A stretch of 59,142 nucleotides of DNA, counting the filler. It is 4 parts of 4 records of this genome, joined end to end, with 100 filler letters (N's around TTAATTAATTAA, not from the genome) between each part and the next. Parts side by side here need not be neighbours in the genome. Positions count along the whole stretch, not along the records: positions 1 to 21,953 come from DRR723986_3505; 3 more parts are not named here. One strand, written 5' to 3'. A program made the translations under genes and the position numbers. Below are positions 1 to 9,347 of the stretch, piece by piece (position 1 is the stretch's first letter; the number at the start of each line of letters is the position of its first letter). Below the pieces are notes generated by a model. The model was not told the DNA's origin, ran no database searches, and worked only from the letters and a program-made list of their open reading frames with translations.

Positions 1-513
1 GAATTCGCGCTTGTCCCAGACCTTGACCGCACGACGGTGCCGGCTTTCGTGCTGGCCGATGCGCACACCTTCCGGATTGTAGCCATAGGCACCGAACGGC
101 GACGTGCCGGCTGTCCCGATCCATTTGCTGCCGCCCTGGTGGCGCTTTTGCTGCTCCTTGAGGCGTTCGCGCAGGGTCTCCATCAGCTTTTCAAAGCCGC
201 CGAGTGCCTCGATCTGGGCCTTTTCCTCTTCACTGAGGTGCTTTTCTGCCAGGCGGCGCAGCCATTCCTCCGGAATCTCGGTGGTGGCAACCTCGCTCAT
301 GAGGTCGAGCCCCTTGAAGACGTGGCCGAAGACGCGGTCGAACTTGTCCAGGTTGCTCTCGTCCTTCACCAGCGTGAGCCGGGCGAGATAGTAGAAATCC
401 TCGACGCTCTTTTCCGCCAGATCCTTATCCAACGCTTCCATCAGCGTCAGATATTCGCGGAGCGAGACCGGGATGCCGGCCGATTTCAGTTCGGTGAAGA
501 AGGTAATGAACAT
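1..513 (-). CDS. VWA-domain (CoxE-like) partner of MoxR ATPase, N-terminal part, runs off the window edge
   Basis: Not in the ORF track. Manual translation from ATG at 513 gives MFITFFTELKSAGIPVSLREYLTLMEAL...RHQGGSKWIGTAGTSPFGAYGYNPEGVRIGQ...AVKVWDKREF, typical of this family. Confidence 0.85.
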   Translation of the reverse strand, partial: MFITFFTELKSAGIPVSLREYLTLMEALDKDLAEKSVEDFYYLARLTLVKDESNLDKFDRVFGHVFKGLDLMSEVATTEIPEEWLRRLAEKHLSEEEKAQIEALGGFEKLMETLRERLKEQQKRHQGGSKWIGTAGTSPFGAYGYNPEGVRIGQHESRHRRAVKVWDKREF

Positions 514-552
514 GTGCGAAAGGTAAGTTCCTGGCAGTTGCCTGTCGAGGGG

Positions 553-1524
553 TCAAAAAGGACGCTTCGACAGGAGTTTGCGAAGCAGCTTGCCACTTTT
601 GCGAAAGGGCGCTGTCATCTTCCAGGACGACGAGGTGAGGATTGCGTCGTAACGGCGCTTCTGCAGGTCGAGTTCGGCCTGCAATTCGCGGATTTTCCCC
701 TGCTGGGCGGAAACCGTTTGCGTCTGCTGGGCCGCGTTGTCCGCATGGTGCCGGCTTTCGGACCTGAGGTGGCTGATCAGCATTTCATTGCAACTGGTCT
801 GGAAATCCTGCCTTTCCGCCGGATCGGCAAACCTTTGCATCAGAGCCATCATTTCACCCTGCCTCTCGGCAAGCGACATGTCCTGACGGTGCACGGCGGA
901 AGGCTTGATGCATTGAACCGTGGGCCGTGTTGCAAAGGTGAAGTCCGGGCGTGCCAGGAACTTCCGCCACATGAAGAGGTCGGTCCAGAAGTCGGGTGGT
1001 GCCGGGCTCCAGCCGACATCCAGAGACCGATAGGCCTCAAGGGAATAGCCAACCGTCGACGGGCCGAAGAAGTTCCAACGCGTCTCCAGCATCTTGCGGC
1101 GCGTGTCCGCGTCCGACAGATCTCCGATATGAACCTTGAAGGTCCCGTCAGGCAGAATTTCAGCCTGAAGCAGATTACCGAAGTCGCAGGTTTGCAGCAG
1201 GCGGCCCAGTTCCGACAGATGTTCGGGAAACCAGATGTCGTCATCGCCGATCTGGGCAACAAATTTGCCGTTTGCCTGCTTGAGAGCCGTGTCCCGATGA
1301 GCTTCGCCGTGCCTTTCTCCCTTCGGGAAGGAAAAAACGCGGATCCTCTCGTCACGCCCTGCCAGCTTCTCCGCTTCCTGCACGGTCTCTTGGGGCGCGC
1401 CGTCACAAACAATGAACAGTTCGAAATCTTGCAGGGACTGGCCCAGAACACTCTCGACGGCGAATGGCAGAAGCGCGGGAGGTCTGGTGACCGGCAGCAG
1501 GACAGTGAAGCGCGGATGGGTCAC
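553..1524 (-). CDS. Family 2 glycosyltransferase with C-terminal coiled coil
   Basis: FTVLLPV...VESVLGQSLQDFELFIVCDG...IGDDDIW GT-A motifs; tail ELQAELDLQKRRYDAILTSSSWKMTAPFRK. Confidence 0.85.
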   Translation of the reverse strand: MTHPRFTVLLPVTRPPALLPFAVESVLGQSLQDFELFIVCDGAPQETVQEAEKLAGRDERIRVFSFPKGERHGEAHRDTALKQANGKFVAQIGDDDIWFPEHLSELGRLLQTCDFGNLLQAEILPDGTFKVHIGDLSDADTRRKMLETRWNFFGPSTVGYSLEAYRSLDVGWSPAPPDFWTDLFMWRKFLARPDFTFATRPTVQCIKPSAVHRQDMSLAERQGEMMALMQRFADPAERQDFQTSCNEMLISHLRSESRHHADNAAQQTQTVSAQQGKIRELQAELDLQKRRYDAILTSSSWKMTAPFRKSGKLLRKLLSKRPF

Positions 1525-2426
1525 GGCAATCCTGCGAGCGCTCTGAGTTCGGTAATCCGCCTGACGATCAATGCGCCTTCTGCAGCCGAGGACTTTGGAG
1601 CAGCCCCCCCTTCCAGATGCGCGACGAATGCTTCCAGTTCGGCCAGAAGAGGCATTTTCGTGCCAACCTCGATTTGCTGAGGCTTCTGGCCATGATCTCT
1701 CGGAGCAAGGAGAATGCGATCGTCATAGGATGAGGCCAGTTGGGCCACCGCATTGCTGCCGATCACGATGGCCGAGCGTTTGGGGGCCGGATGGAGGGAT
1801 GAGATCTCCATGGTGACGGTCAGCGGTTCTCCATCGTTTTGAAGACGAGCAATCAGGTCTTCACCGCCCAGGCCCGGGATCTGGGCGATCGCCGAATGAG
1901 CCTTGGGCAATGTTCCCAGGATTTCGAGCGCGATCGAAAGATCATGCGGCATCAGGATCCAGAGGCTGTCGACATCCTTGTGAGGATTGCCCCAGCCGAG
2001 CCGATAGGTGCGCACCGCTTCGATCTGACCCAGGGTGCCGGATTTTGCCAGTTCCGCAAGTTTCAAAATGCCGGGATGATAGCGCCACTTGTCCATGACG
2101 AAGAGACGTTCCTGCAGCGTATCGGCAAGTCTTTGCGCTGCCTGTGCGTCGTTGGTGACCGGTTTCTCGCAGAAGATCGGCCGGTTCCGCGGTGCAAGTG
2201 CGTCGATACAGGCCGCGTGAAGCACGGTTGGTGGCGCAACGACATATCCCGCGCAGTCAGGAAGGTTGGTAGCGCTATCGCACACCGAAGCGGCTCCGGC
2301 CCCCCGGGCTGCGTTCTGGCTGTCCGAACCGGGCACCGCCACGTGCACGTCTACACCCAAGCTGCGCAGATCGCGAAAGATGAGCTTTCCCCACCTGCCA
2401 AAGCCAACCAGACCGATATCAGTCAT
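1521..2426 (-). CDS. Gfo/Idh/MocA family NAD(P)-dependent oxidoreductase
   Basis: IGLVGFGRWG Rossmann motif, IFCEKPV, and PHDLS catalytic region; overlaps the GT2 start by 4 nt. Confidence 0.85.
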   Translation of the reverse strand: MTDIGLVGFGRWGKLIFRDLRSLGVDVHVAVPGSDSQNAARGAGAASVCDSATNLPDCAGYVVAPPTVLHAACIDALAPRNRPIFCEKPVTNDAQAAQRLADTLQERLFVMDKWRYHPGILKLAELAKSGTLGQIEAVRTYRLGWGNPHKDVDSLWILMPHDLSIALEILGTLPKAHSAIAQIPGLGGEDLIARLQNDGEPLTVTMEISSLHPAPKRSAIVIGSNAVAQLASSYDDRILLAPRDHGQKPQQIEVGTKMPLLAELEAFVAHLEGGAAPKSSAAEGALIVRRITELRALAGLP

Positions 2427-2473
2427 GGCTGTGTCCAACAGCCGGTGATGTGAAATTGCAGGTGACCGCGTAA

Positions 2474-3010
2474 TCAGGCATTGGCGTCCGCATAGAATTT
2501 ATCAAGCATCTGCGAATAGTTGTCGGCTGTTCTGTCTCTATCGGAAAGGATGGGGGCCTTCGTTGGCCAAGACAGGTTCAGTTCCGGACAATCGAACTTG
2601 CAGCCTAAATCGTCCGCCGGGTCGAAGTAGGTGGAAACGGAATAAAGATGCGTCGCGGCTTTCGGAAAATAAAACCCGTGGCAAACACCCGGCGGAATTG
2701 AAACAGCTCGTCTGTTTTCCGCTGAAAGATCCAGCAACTGCGATGTTCCAAAGGTCGGGCTGTCGCGGCGTATGTCATGCAGACCAAGCAGCATCTTTCC
2801 GGACAGGACCATCAGATAATCGTAGTGATCCTTGTGCACGTGAACACCGCGCAATGTGTCTTCTTTCGAGGTGACGATGTTCCACTGGATCGACTTGAAA
2901 CCGGTGAGCCAGGTCTCCCGGTAGATTTCGGTGAAACTGCCGCGGTCATCGATGTGCGAAACCAGGTCATGGACAATCACGCCTTCAATTGACGTTTCTT
3001 CGGTTTTCAT
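2474..3010 (-). CDS. rmlC: dTDP-4-dehydrorhamnose 3,5-epimerase (RmlC) family protein
   Basis: DDRGSFTE, TLRGVH, DIRRDSPTFG, IPPGVCHGF, PILSDRD motifs. Confidence 0.8.
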   Translation of the reverse strand: MKTEETSIEGVIVHDLVSHIDDRGSFTEIYRETWLTGFKSIQWNIVTSKEDTLRGVHVHKDHYDYLMVLSGKMLLGLHDIRRDSPTFGTSQLLDLSAENRRAVSIPPGVCHGFYFPKAATHLYSVSTYFDPADDLGCKFDCPELNLSWPTKAPILSDRDRTADNYSQMLDKFYADANA

Positions 3011-3151
3011 CGAATTGCCTGACCCCAACGACCGTTTTTCTCGCGCAAGCTTCGCGGCCCATCCGGACCCAGGGACAGACTAACAGGTTTCACGACGATG
3101 TGGAGGCCGGCATCGGAACGGCGTTTGAGGGAAGGGGGCTTTCCCAAGTCC

Positions 3152-5350
3152 TCAAAAACTGATCTTGGCGCCCAGGCGAACCGATGCGGATAGTGTATCG
3201 GCGCTGTCGTAACCGCCTTCTATTCCGGCGAGAAATTTTGTGCCGTCATTGACCTGCCACACGGCATCGGCTGCCGCAAAACCGCGGAGCACCGCATCGT
3301 CGTCGTCGACGGACAGGTTCAAGGCAGCTCCCTGCAGGGTGCCGTCGACACTGTCGTTTAGCGTGAAGATGCCGTCGATACCCGCATTCGCACTGAGATA
3401 GAGCGTGCCGCCATTCTGGACGATGGGGGCATGATCGTAGGTCGCCTGCGCGCGCAGTTCCAGAACGTGCAGCGACCGGCCGGAAACCAAAAGCCCGGTT
3501 GCGCTTTCATCGGCGTCGCCCGTTTGCCAGAGACCCGAGTAGCGCACACGAGCGCTGGGTGTCAGCGTACCCTCACTCAGGGCGAAGGCATGGCCGAGAC
3601 GCGCGGAGGGCGTGACGTAGACATAGTCGTAGTCGATGGAAAGGTCCTGCAGGCCACCGACAACCATGTTGTTGAGGACGGTGACGTCTTCATCGCTCTT
3701 CAGGTAGCCGCCGAGAAGGCTGAATTGAGCAAAGGTCGCCTGCCAGGAGCGGCTGAGATAGCCACCGGCGTGGATGCTGTAGCTGGAGGCCGAGTGAATG
3801 TCGCCGTCGCTGGTTGTCCTGCCGATGGTGAAACCACCGGCAACACCGGCGGCAAGCCCTTCGGCGAATGTCTTCTCAGCCCCGGCAGTGATGCCGCCGA
3901 ATGTATGGTCGAACCCGTCGCTGCCTTGCCTGGAAAGAACACCGCCAAGAGGCGTGACCCAAAGCGCGGTGGCGTTTTGCTCTTCCGGAGCCGGACCGTT
4001 GGTTGCGACGAAAGACGTGCCGCCCAGTCGATTGAGGTCCATCTGCTGTTCAAGGCTGCCGGTGACAGCGCGCGTCATAGTGTTGAAGGTTTGGGCAACC
4101 GTGTCCAGCCGGAAGTCGTCCGGATTGAGGATGGTGATCGTGTTGCCGTTGGTCGCTGAAGTGAGGCCTGCCGTCGTCAGCGTTCCCGGGATGCCGCTGA
4201 AGGTCAGGATCGCCGTTCGCCCGGCCGCGTAGTTCAGGGTTGCGGTGGTCGGATCGGTAAAGGTCAGAACACCCTGAAGTATGGTACCATTGTTCAGGGT
4301 AACGGTTGCATCAGAACCATCGACATAGATCGAGGACCCGTTGCTGCTGTAGATCTCGCCGGAGTTGGTGATCGTGACATTGTCGCCGTCAACGGCAATG
4401 CCATGTCCGACATCGTCATGATCTCCGGAAATCGTGCCAGTGTTACGTAGCGTGCCGCTGTTGGAGATGGTGACGTCATCGCCACTGGATTCGATCGGGT
4501 TGGCATCTTCTCCCGAAACGGTGATGGTGCCCGAGTTGGTGATCGCGGCGCGGTCACCGTCATTGTCGATGCCGTCTGCCAGCGTACCGGACATGGTCAT
4601 CACACCGGTATTGATCAGGATGACATCGTCGCCGTCGCTGTCGAAGCCGTCCGCGTCCTCTCCAGTCGTTGTAATCGTTCCGGTGTTGGTTATCTTCGCG
4701 TCGTCTTCATCGGTGTCGATGGCATAGGCGTCGTCACCTGTCGTGGTGATCGTGCCTGAGTTCAAGACGGTCGGACGGTCGCCCTCGGCATTGATGCCAT
4801 AGGCAGCTTCACCGGTCGTGGAAATCGTGCCGGAGTTGGTGATGTCCGTGTCCGCACCAAGCGACAAGATTGCATCGGATTCCTCTCCCGTTGTGGTGAT
4901 GGTACCCGAGTTGGTGACCGTGAAATCGTCCCCGTCACCGGCAATGCCGAAGGCACGGCTGCCGGTAGTGGTTATGGACCCGTTGTTGTGAACGGTGGCG
5001 TCGTCTTCGTTCGACCCAATACCGGCAAAATTAGGTGTGCCAATGGTTGTCTTGGTGACTGTAATGGTGCCGTTGTTGGTTGCTGTCTGGTCGTCATTGT
5101 CCAGAACGAGGCCATCCTGATCGGTAACCTCGATGGTGCCGCCGCTCTCGACTGTTCCGGTGTCGCCAGCGTCCGTCAGCGTCTGTGTTGTGGTGACCGT
5201 CGTACCCGAGCCGATGGTAATGTCACCGGCAAGGCTTTTTTCCGGACCAAGCAAAACCAGGGCGCAACTGCAAAGCAGAAAAGCCTTGAGTTGGCGGCGA
5301 TGCTGAAGGGCGGATTTCGTCTGGGTTGGCAACGGCCTGTCGCTACACAA
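3152..5350 (-). CDS. Autotransporter adhesin-like protein with 25-aa beta-helix repeats
   Basis: Signal-like segment (LLCSCALVLLGPEKSLA), repeated ITNSGTITTTGE.A.GI...GDD, C-terminal beta-barrel (LWVTPLGG...TLTPSARVRY...VRLGAKISF, terminal Phe). Start codon uncertain. Confidence 0.8.
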   Translation of the reverse strand: MCSDRPLPTQTKSALQHRRQLKAFLLCSCALVLLGPEKSLAGDITIGSGTTVTTTQTLTDAGDTGTVESGGTIEVTDQDGLVLDNDDQTATNNGTITVTKTTIGTPNFAGIGSNEDDATVHNNGSITTTGSRAFGIAGDGDDFTVTNSGTITTTGEESDAILSLGADTDITNSGTISTTGEAAYGINAEGDRPTVLNSGTITTTGDDAYAIDTDEDDAKITNTGTITTTGEDADGFDSDGDDVILINTGVMTMSGTLADGIDNDGDRAAITNSGTITVSGEDANPIESSGDDVTISNSGTLRNTGTISGDHDDVGHGIAVDGDNVTITNSGEIYSSNGSSIYVDGSDATVTLNNGTILQGVLTFTDPTTATLNYAAGRTAILTFSGIPGTLTTAGLTSATNGNTITILNPDDFRLDTVAQTFNTMTRAVTGSLEQQMDLNRLGGTSFVATNGPAPEEQNATALWVTPLGGVLSRQGSDGFDHTFGGITAGAEKTFAEGLAAGVAGGFTIGRTTSDGDIHSASSYSIHAGGYLSRSWQATFAQFSLLGGYLKSDEDVTVLNNMVVGGLQDLSIDYDYVYVTPSARLGHAFALSEGTLTPSARVRYSGLWQTGDADESATGLLVSGRSLHVLELRAQATYDHAPIVQNGGTLYLSANAGIDGIFTLNDSVDGTLQGAALNLSVDDDDAVLRGFAAADAVWQVNDGTKFLAGIEGGYDSADTLSASVRLGAKISF
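4420..5000 (-). repeat. Degenerate tandem 75-bp (25-aa) coding repeats in the autotransporter passenger domain
   Basis: About 7-8 units, e.g. ATVHNNGSITTTGSRAFGIAGDGDD / FTVTNSGTITTTGEESDAILSLGAD / AKITNTGTITTTGEDADGFDSDGDD. Boundaries approximate. Confidence 0.75.
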
Positions 5351-5515
5351 GTTAACGTCTCACCTGGCTATTATTGTTGTATTCCGAGGAAGACGCCACT
5401 GCTCGTCCGCAGAAACTTTAACGATTGAGACGTTTATGTGTCATCGGTAGAAATAGCAATCGATTTGGTTGCGTTGTGCGCGTAACCATGCCGTGTATTA
5501 TTTGAAATCTAAACT

Positions 5516-6562
5516 TTAAGACTTGTCGGCCGGATCTTCTTTTTTGGCAAAGGAGACAAGCTCACCCATGAAGTCCGAGATGGTCGGTCCAGTGCCGGCC
5601 ACGAACGGTGCCGGCCTGCAGACTGCAATTGCTGCAATGCCGATGCGGGCCGTGAGCAGTCCATTGACCACGCCTTCGCCCAGACGGGCGGAAAGTCGAG
5701 CCGCCAGACCGTGACCCAGTACCTGCGAGGCAAGGCTGTCGCCTGCTGCCATGCCGCCGGTTACCGCCAGATGTGCCATGACGTGTTTTGCGAGGCGCAG
5801 GAAGCCGAGTGTGCCGGGTCTCCCACCGTAAAGGGCGGACAGGCGCCGGATCGTGCGCAGGTTCTCGAACAGGACCGCCAGCAGATCGACCAGTGCCCGT
5901 GGGCTGACGGCCGTGACGATGGAAACGCGCTTTGCACTGTTCATCACGATGCGCCGGGCTTCCAGGTCGAGCGGGCTGAGCAGATCGCGTTCGGCCAGTT
6001 TCACCAGATCCCGGCCGTCGATGACTTCCCGCATATGCCCCGCCAGCGCCTTGCGGCCCTGGGCCGTTTCGGGACGGTCCTTGTAGAGTGTGAGCAGTTC
6101 CTTCAGGCCAACTGATGCCGCCTTCGCGTCATCTGCTTCGGCGGCGCTCTGCAGCCGGTCGCGCAGGTGGTCTATTCGGCCAAGGCGCATGAGGCCCGCG
6201 ATCTCGCGAATGACCAGGCCGAGCAGGCCAAGTGCCGCAAGAACGGCAAGAGCCACACCCAGCCATCCCAGCCAGTCGGTCCGGGAAAAGAGATCCCGTA
6301 TCAGGCTGTCGACCGCAAGGCCGACAGCCAGCGACACGAGGCCGGACAGGCCGATCATCAGCCACTTGCCGAACCGAAATCCGGATCTGGGAGTGCTGGC
6401 GGCGCGGGGAAGGCGAGGTTCCTCGTCGTCAATGAAGGCCTGGGTGACCAGGGCTTCACCGGCCGAGGGCATCCTTGTTTCGTCGTCGGTCATCCGCACC
6501 TTGGAATCGTCGAGACGGAAGGCGGTCGGTTTGCGATTGGACGGGGGCTGGGAACCGGTCAT
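5516..6562 (-). CDS. ycjF: YcjF family (TIGR01620) membrane protein
   Basis: Two N-terminal TM segments; AVSPRALVD and ARLSARLGEGVVNGLLTARIG motifs; overlaps ycjX by 4 nt. Confidence 0.9.
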   Translation of the reverse strand: MTGSQPPSNRKPTAFRLDDSKVRMTDDETRMPSAGEALVTQAFIDDEEPRLPRAASTPRSGFRFGKWLMIGLSGLVSLAVGLAVDSLIRDLFSRTDWLGWLGVALAVLAALGLLGLVIREIAGLMRLGRIDHLRDRLQSAAEADDAKAASVGLKELLTLYKDRPETAQGRKALAGHMREVIDGRDLVKLAERDLLSPLDLEARRIVMNSAKRVSIVTAVSPRALVDLLAVLFENLRTIRRLSALYGGRPGTLGFLRLAKHVMAHLAVTGGMAAGDSLASQVLGHGLAARLSARLGEGVVNGLLTARIGIAAIAVCRPAPFVAGTGPTISDFMGELVSFAKKEDPADKS

Positions 6563-8073
6563 GCCAGGCGATCTCCGATCAGGAATTCCAGGGCGCAGTC
6601 AAGCCGGATATGCGGCAGAGACAAAGTCAGGCCTTCGGCGGTCTTGTCGAGTTCCGGCGGCCGGAACCTCAGGAACTGAAGGTCTGCCTGAGCGGTTTGA
6701 AAACTTGCTCGAAGTGCTTCAGAAACTGAGTCAGCTTGTCCAAAAAGTGATTCAGGGTCGTCCGGCAAGTCACCGGGAAACATGGCGATTTCGGTTTTCC
6801 CGTCGTAGGTGTCGCCGTTCAGCCGTTCGCCCGGCAATGGCGTTCCAAGGATCGCAGGCAAAGCTTCGCCGCGATGCTTGACCGTTGCCTCACGCGTCGC
6901 GCGGACCGCGGCCATGGCCAGCACTTCGACCTCCGCTCCCTTGAATGTTGCCTTCTCTTCTGCTCGGGCAACCAGTCTCTTCAGGATCAGTTCCAGTCGG
7001 TCGTGATCCGATCTGTGCAGGTGGTCTGCCTTGGTCGCCGCGAACAGGATACGGTCGATCCGTCGCGACAGGATGGAGGACAGCCAGCTGCGTTTGCCCG
7101 GACGGAAAGCTCCGAGAACTTCGGTGAGGGCGGTTTCCAGATCGGCAATCGCGTGCGGCCCTGCGTTCAGGGCATGAAGGACATCGACCAGCACGATCTG
7201 GCGGTCGAGGCGCGCGAAGTGATTGCGGAAGAACGGACGCACGACGTGGGTCTTGTAGGCCTCGTATCGGCGCTCCATCATCGCCCGCAACGTGCCTGTC
7301 CTTGCCGGGGCTGCGTCTGCCGGAATGTCCAGCGGCGCGAAGGTCAGGGCCGGGGAGCCGTCGAGATCCCCGGGCATCAGGAAGCGTCCCGGGGGAAGCA
7401 TGGACAGGGCGTGGGCGTCGGCTCTGCAGGCCGCCAGATAGGTTTTGAAATTTGCCGCCAGCTCTTGTGCTGCCGGTTCGCTTTCTTCTGCGTTCGCATC
7501 CGTGGCGGCCAGGATCTTCAGAAACGGCGCGGCGATCTCCGCCCGGTTTTCCGCCCGGGCGCGCTGCATTGCCTCGGCGGAGAAGGTGGCATAGTCCTTG
7601 CCGAGAAGCGGCAGATCCAGCAACCACTCGCCGGGATAATCGATCAGGTCGAGATGAAGGCGGCCGGGACCAAGCTTGCGGTGGAAGTAGGAGGCGCTCT
7701 CATAGTCGATGGTCAGGCGCAGCTCGGAGACCTGACGGGTCGATTCCGGCCAGATACGTTCACTCACCAGGGCACGCACGTGCGCTTCATAGTCGAAGCG
7801 CGGCACGGCGTCGTCAGGTTGCGGCTGAAGCCTTGCGCCGGTCATCCTGTGCCCGGAGGCGGCGCTGAAGAGCGGCAGGCGGCCACCATGAACGAGGTTG
7901 TGCACAAGCGCGGTCAGAAAGACGGTCTTGCCTGCGCGCGCAAGTCCGGTCACGCCCAGCCGGACGCTCGGCACTGCCAGATCGGTTGCCGCATCAGCGA
8001 GATTGGCCAGTGTCAGCCGGGTTTCTTCTGCAAGTGTCGTCAATGGGTTCACAAGGGCCTCCAGCGCGTTCAT
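6559..8073 (-). CDS. ycjX: YcjX family P-loop NTPase
   Basis: RLGVTGLARAGKT Walker A, DYPGEWLLDLPL, FAATKADH. Confidence 0.9.
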   Translation of the reverse strand: MNALEALVNPLTTLAEETRLTLANLADAATDLAVPSVRLGVTGLARAGKTVFLTALVHNLVHGGRLPLFSAASGHRMTGARLQPQPDDAVPRFDYEAHVRALVSERIWPESTRQVSELRLTIDYESASYFHRKLGPGRLHLDLIDYPGEWLLDLPLLGKDYATFSAEAMQRARAENRAEIAAPFLKILAATDANAEESEPAAQELAANFKTYLAACRADAHALSMLPPGRFLMPGDLDGSPALTFAPLDIPADAAPARTGTLRAMMERRYEAYKTHVVRPFFRNHFARLDRQIVLVDVLHALNAGPHAIADLETALTEVLGAFRPGKRSWLSSILSRRIDRILFAATKADHLHRSDHDRLELILKRLVARAEEKATFKGAEVEVLAMAAVRATREATVKHRGEALPAILGTPLPGERLNGDTYDGKTEIAMFPGDLPDDPESLFGQADSVSEALRASFQTAQADLQFLRFRPPELDKTAEGLTLSLPHIRLDCALEFLIGDRLA

Positions 8074-8119
8074 GTAGGCGCAGGCGGGAACAAGTACAAT
8101 CCGGGACTCGGCTGATGCT

Positions 8120-8644
8120 CTAGTCGAGGTCTTCCTTCAGGTCCCGTGGTTTGACGAAACGTTCCAGATGGCCAGTCTTCGGCTGCAGCTCCGACCAGTC
8201 GGCAATGTCGAAATCGATCACGGCAAGAGCGCCAGTCGGAAACTTTTCCTGAATATCGGCAATCGCGTCGCTGGATGCCGTGCCGCTGAGGCTCAACGCC
8301 GTATCCCCGGTTGCCGGGTTATGGCCAATGACCATGAGGTTCTGGGCCCGGCCACCATAGCGGCGGATCAGCCCGACATAGTCGTCGTCGCTTTGCTGGT
8401 AGAGGTCGGACACCAGGTGGATCTGTGTTTCCTGTGTGAGGGTAGGCAGAAGGCGGGCCAGGGTTTCCCGGGTCCTCTGTGCAGTAGAACACAGGATCTG
8501 GTTGGGCTGCAGGCTCTGTTCCTTCATGTAACGGGCCATCTTGACGGAGGCGGTCTTACCGCGGCTGTTCAGAGGCCGGTCGATGTCGGCCAGGTTCGCG
8601 TCGCCCCAGTCTGATTTAGCGTGTCTGAACAAAAGGAGCCGCAT
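8120..8644 (-). CDS. sixA: SixA-like phosphohistidine phosphatase
   Basis: LLLFRHAKS, DRPLNSRG, CSTAQRTRET, VIGHNP, FPTGA. Confidence 0.8.
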   Translation of the reverse strand: MRLLLFRHAKSDWGDANLADIDRPLNSRGKTASVKMARYMKEQSLQPNQILCSTAQRTRETLARLLPTLTQETQIHLVSDLYQQSDDDYVGLIRRYGGRAQNLMVIGHNPATGDTALSLSGTASSDAIADIQEKFPTGALAVIDFDIADWSELQPKTGHLERFVKPRDLKEDLD

Positions 8645-8705
8645 TGTCTTTCCTGGTTCCTTGAAAGTGGAAAGTGTGCCGGCGGGTCAAAAGCCGGACT
8701 GCCGG

Positions 8706-9242
8706 TCAGTTCTGGTTGGCAAGCGCCATGGTGAAGGCGGTTACTGCCGGTCCGATCTCCACTTCCTGAGTCGGCAGCGTGTAGGACAGCCACAATGTAT
8801 AGTCCGATGTGGCACCGGAAAAGTACCACATCGTTTCGCACAGGCTTGTCGGTGTCCAGTTGCGGGTCCGGAAGGAGATGCCGGAGGCGGCAGCGCCCGT
8901 CAGCTTGATCGGTTCGAAACCGGCTGCCTTGTAATTGCGGGAAAATGTCAGCGCTTCGCGGCGGCCGGTGCCCTGCAGGTGTTTGCGCAGGACAGCGGTA
9001 ATGCCGTCGCGGCCGGTGTAGATGCATCCCGCCTGGCTGACGGCATCACCTTCCATCACCTTGATGCGGTAATAATCGCCGATCATGTCGGGGCAGCGCA
9101 GGCCGGTGAAATGGCGCAATCCGCCGACATCGCTTTGCCAGCCCGCGTCCTTTTCAGGGGGCACTTGTGCAAGAACAGGCCCGTTCGCCGCCATCGGCAG
9201 CGTGAGCATCGCCAGCACCAGAAGAGCGGTGGCCTGTTTCAC
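8706..9242 (-). CDS. Hypothetical exported protein
   Basis: AAGGAG RBS before GTG at 9242; signal peptide; co-oriented between moxR and sixA. Confidence 0.6.
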   Translation of the reverse strand: MKQATALLVLAMLTLPMAANGPVLAQVPPEKDAGWQSDVGGLRHFTGLRCPDMIGDYYRIKVMEGDAVSQAGCIYTGRDGITAVLRKHLQGTGRREALTFSRNYKAAGFEPIKLTGAAASGISFRTRNWTPTSLCETMWYFSGATSDYTLWLSYTLPTQEVEIGPAVTAFTMALANQN

Positions 9243-9347
9243 CAAGTCAGTCTCCTTGTCACCCCGACCCAAAGATCGCGTTTTGCCCGGTCAGCCGCCC
9301 GGGCGCTCAGCCTCGGCCAGCTTTCACCTTGAGACATGCCCCGGTCT

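Noticed and set aside
37-1680. 547-aa plus-strand ORF
   Set aside because: Antisense shadow of the VWA, GT2 and oxidoreductase genes; no recognisable motifs
5354-5434. 9-bp inverted repeat AACGTCTCA/TGAGACGTT upstream of the autotransporter, as an invertible switch
   Set aside because: Too short, and no recombinase nearby
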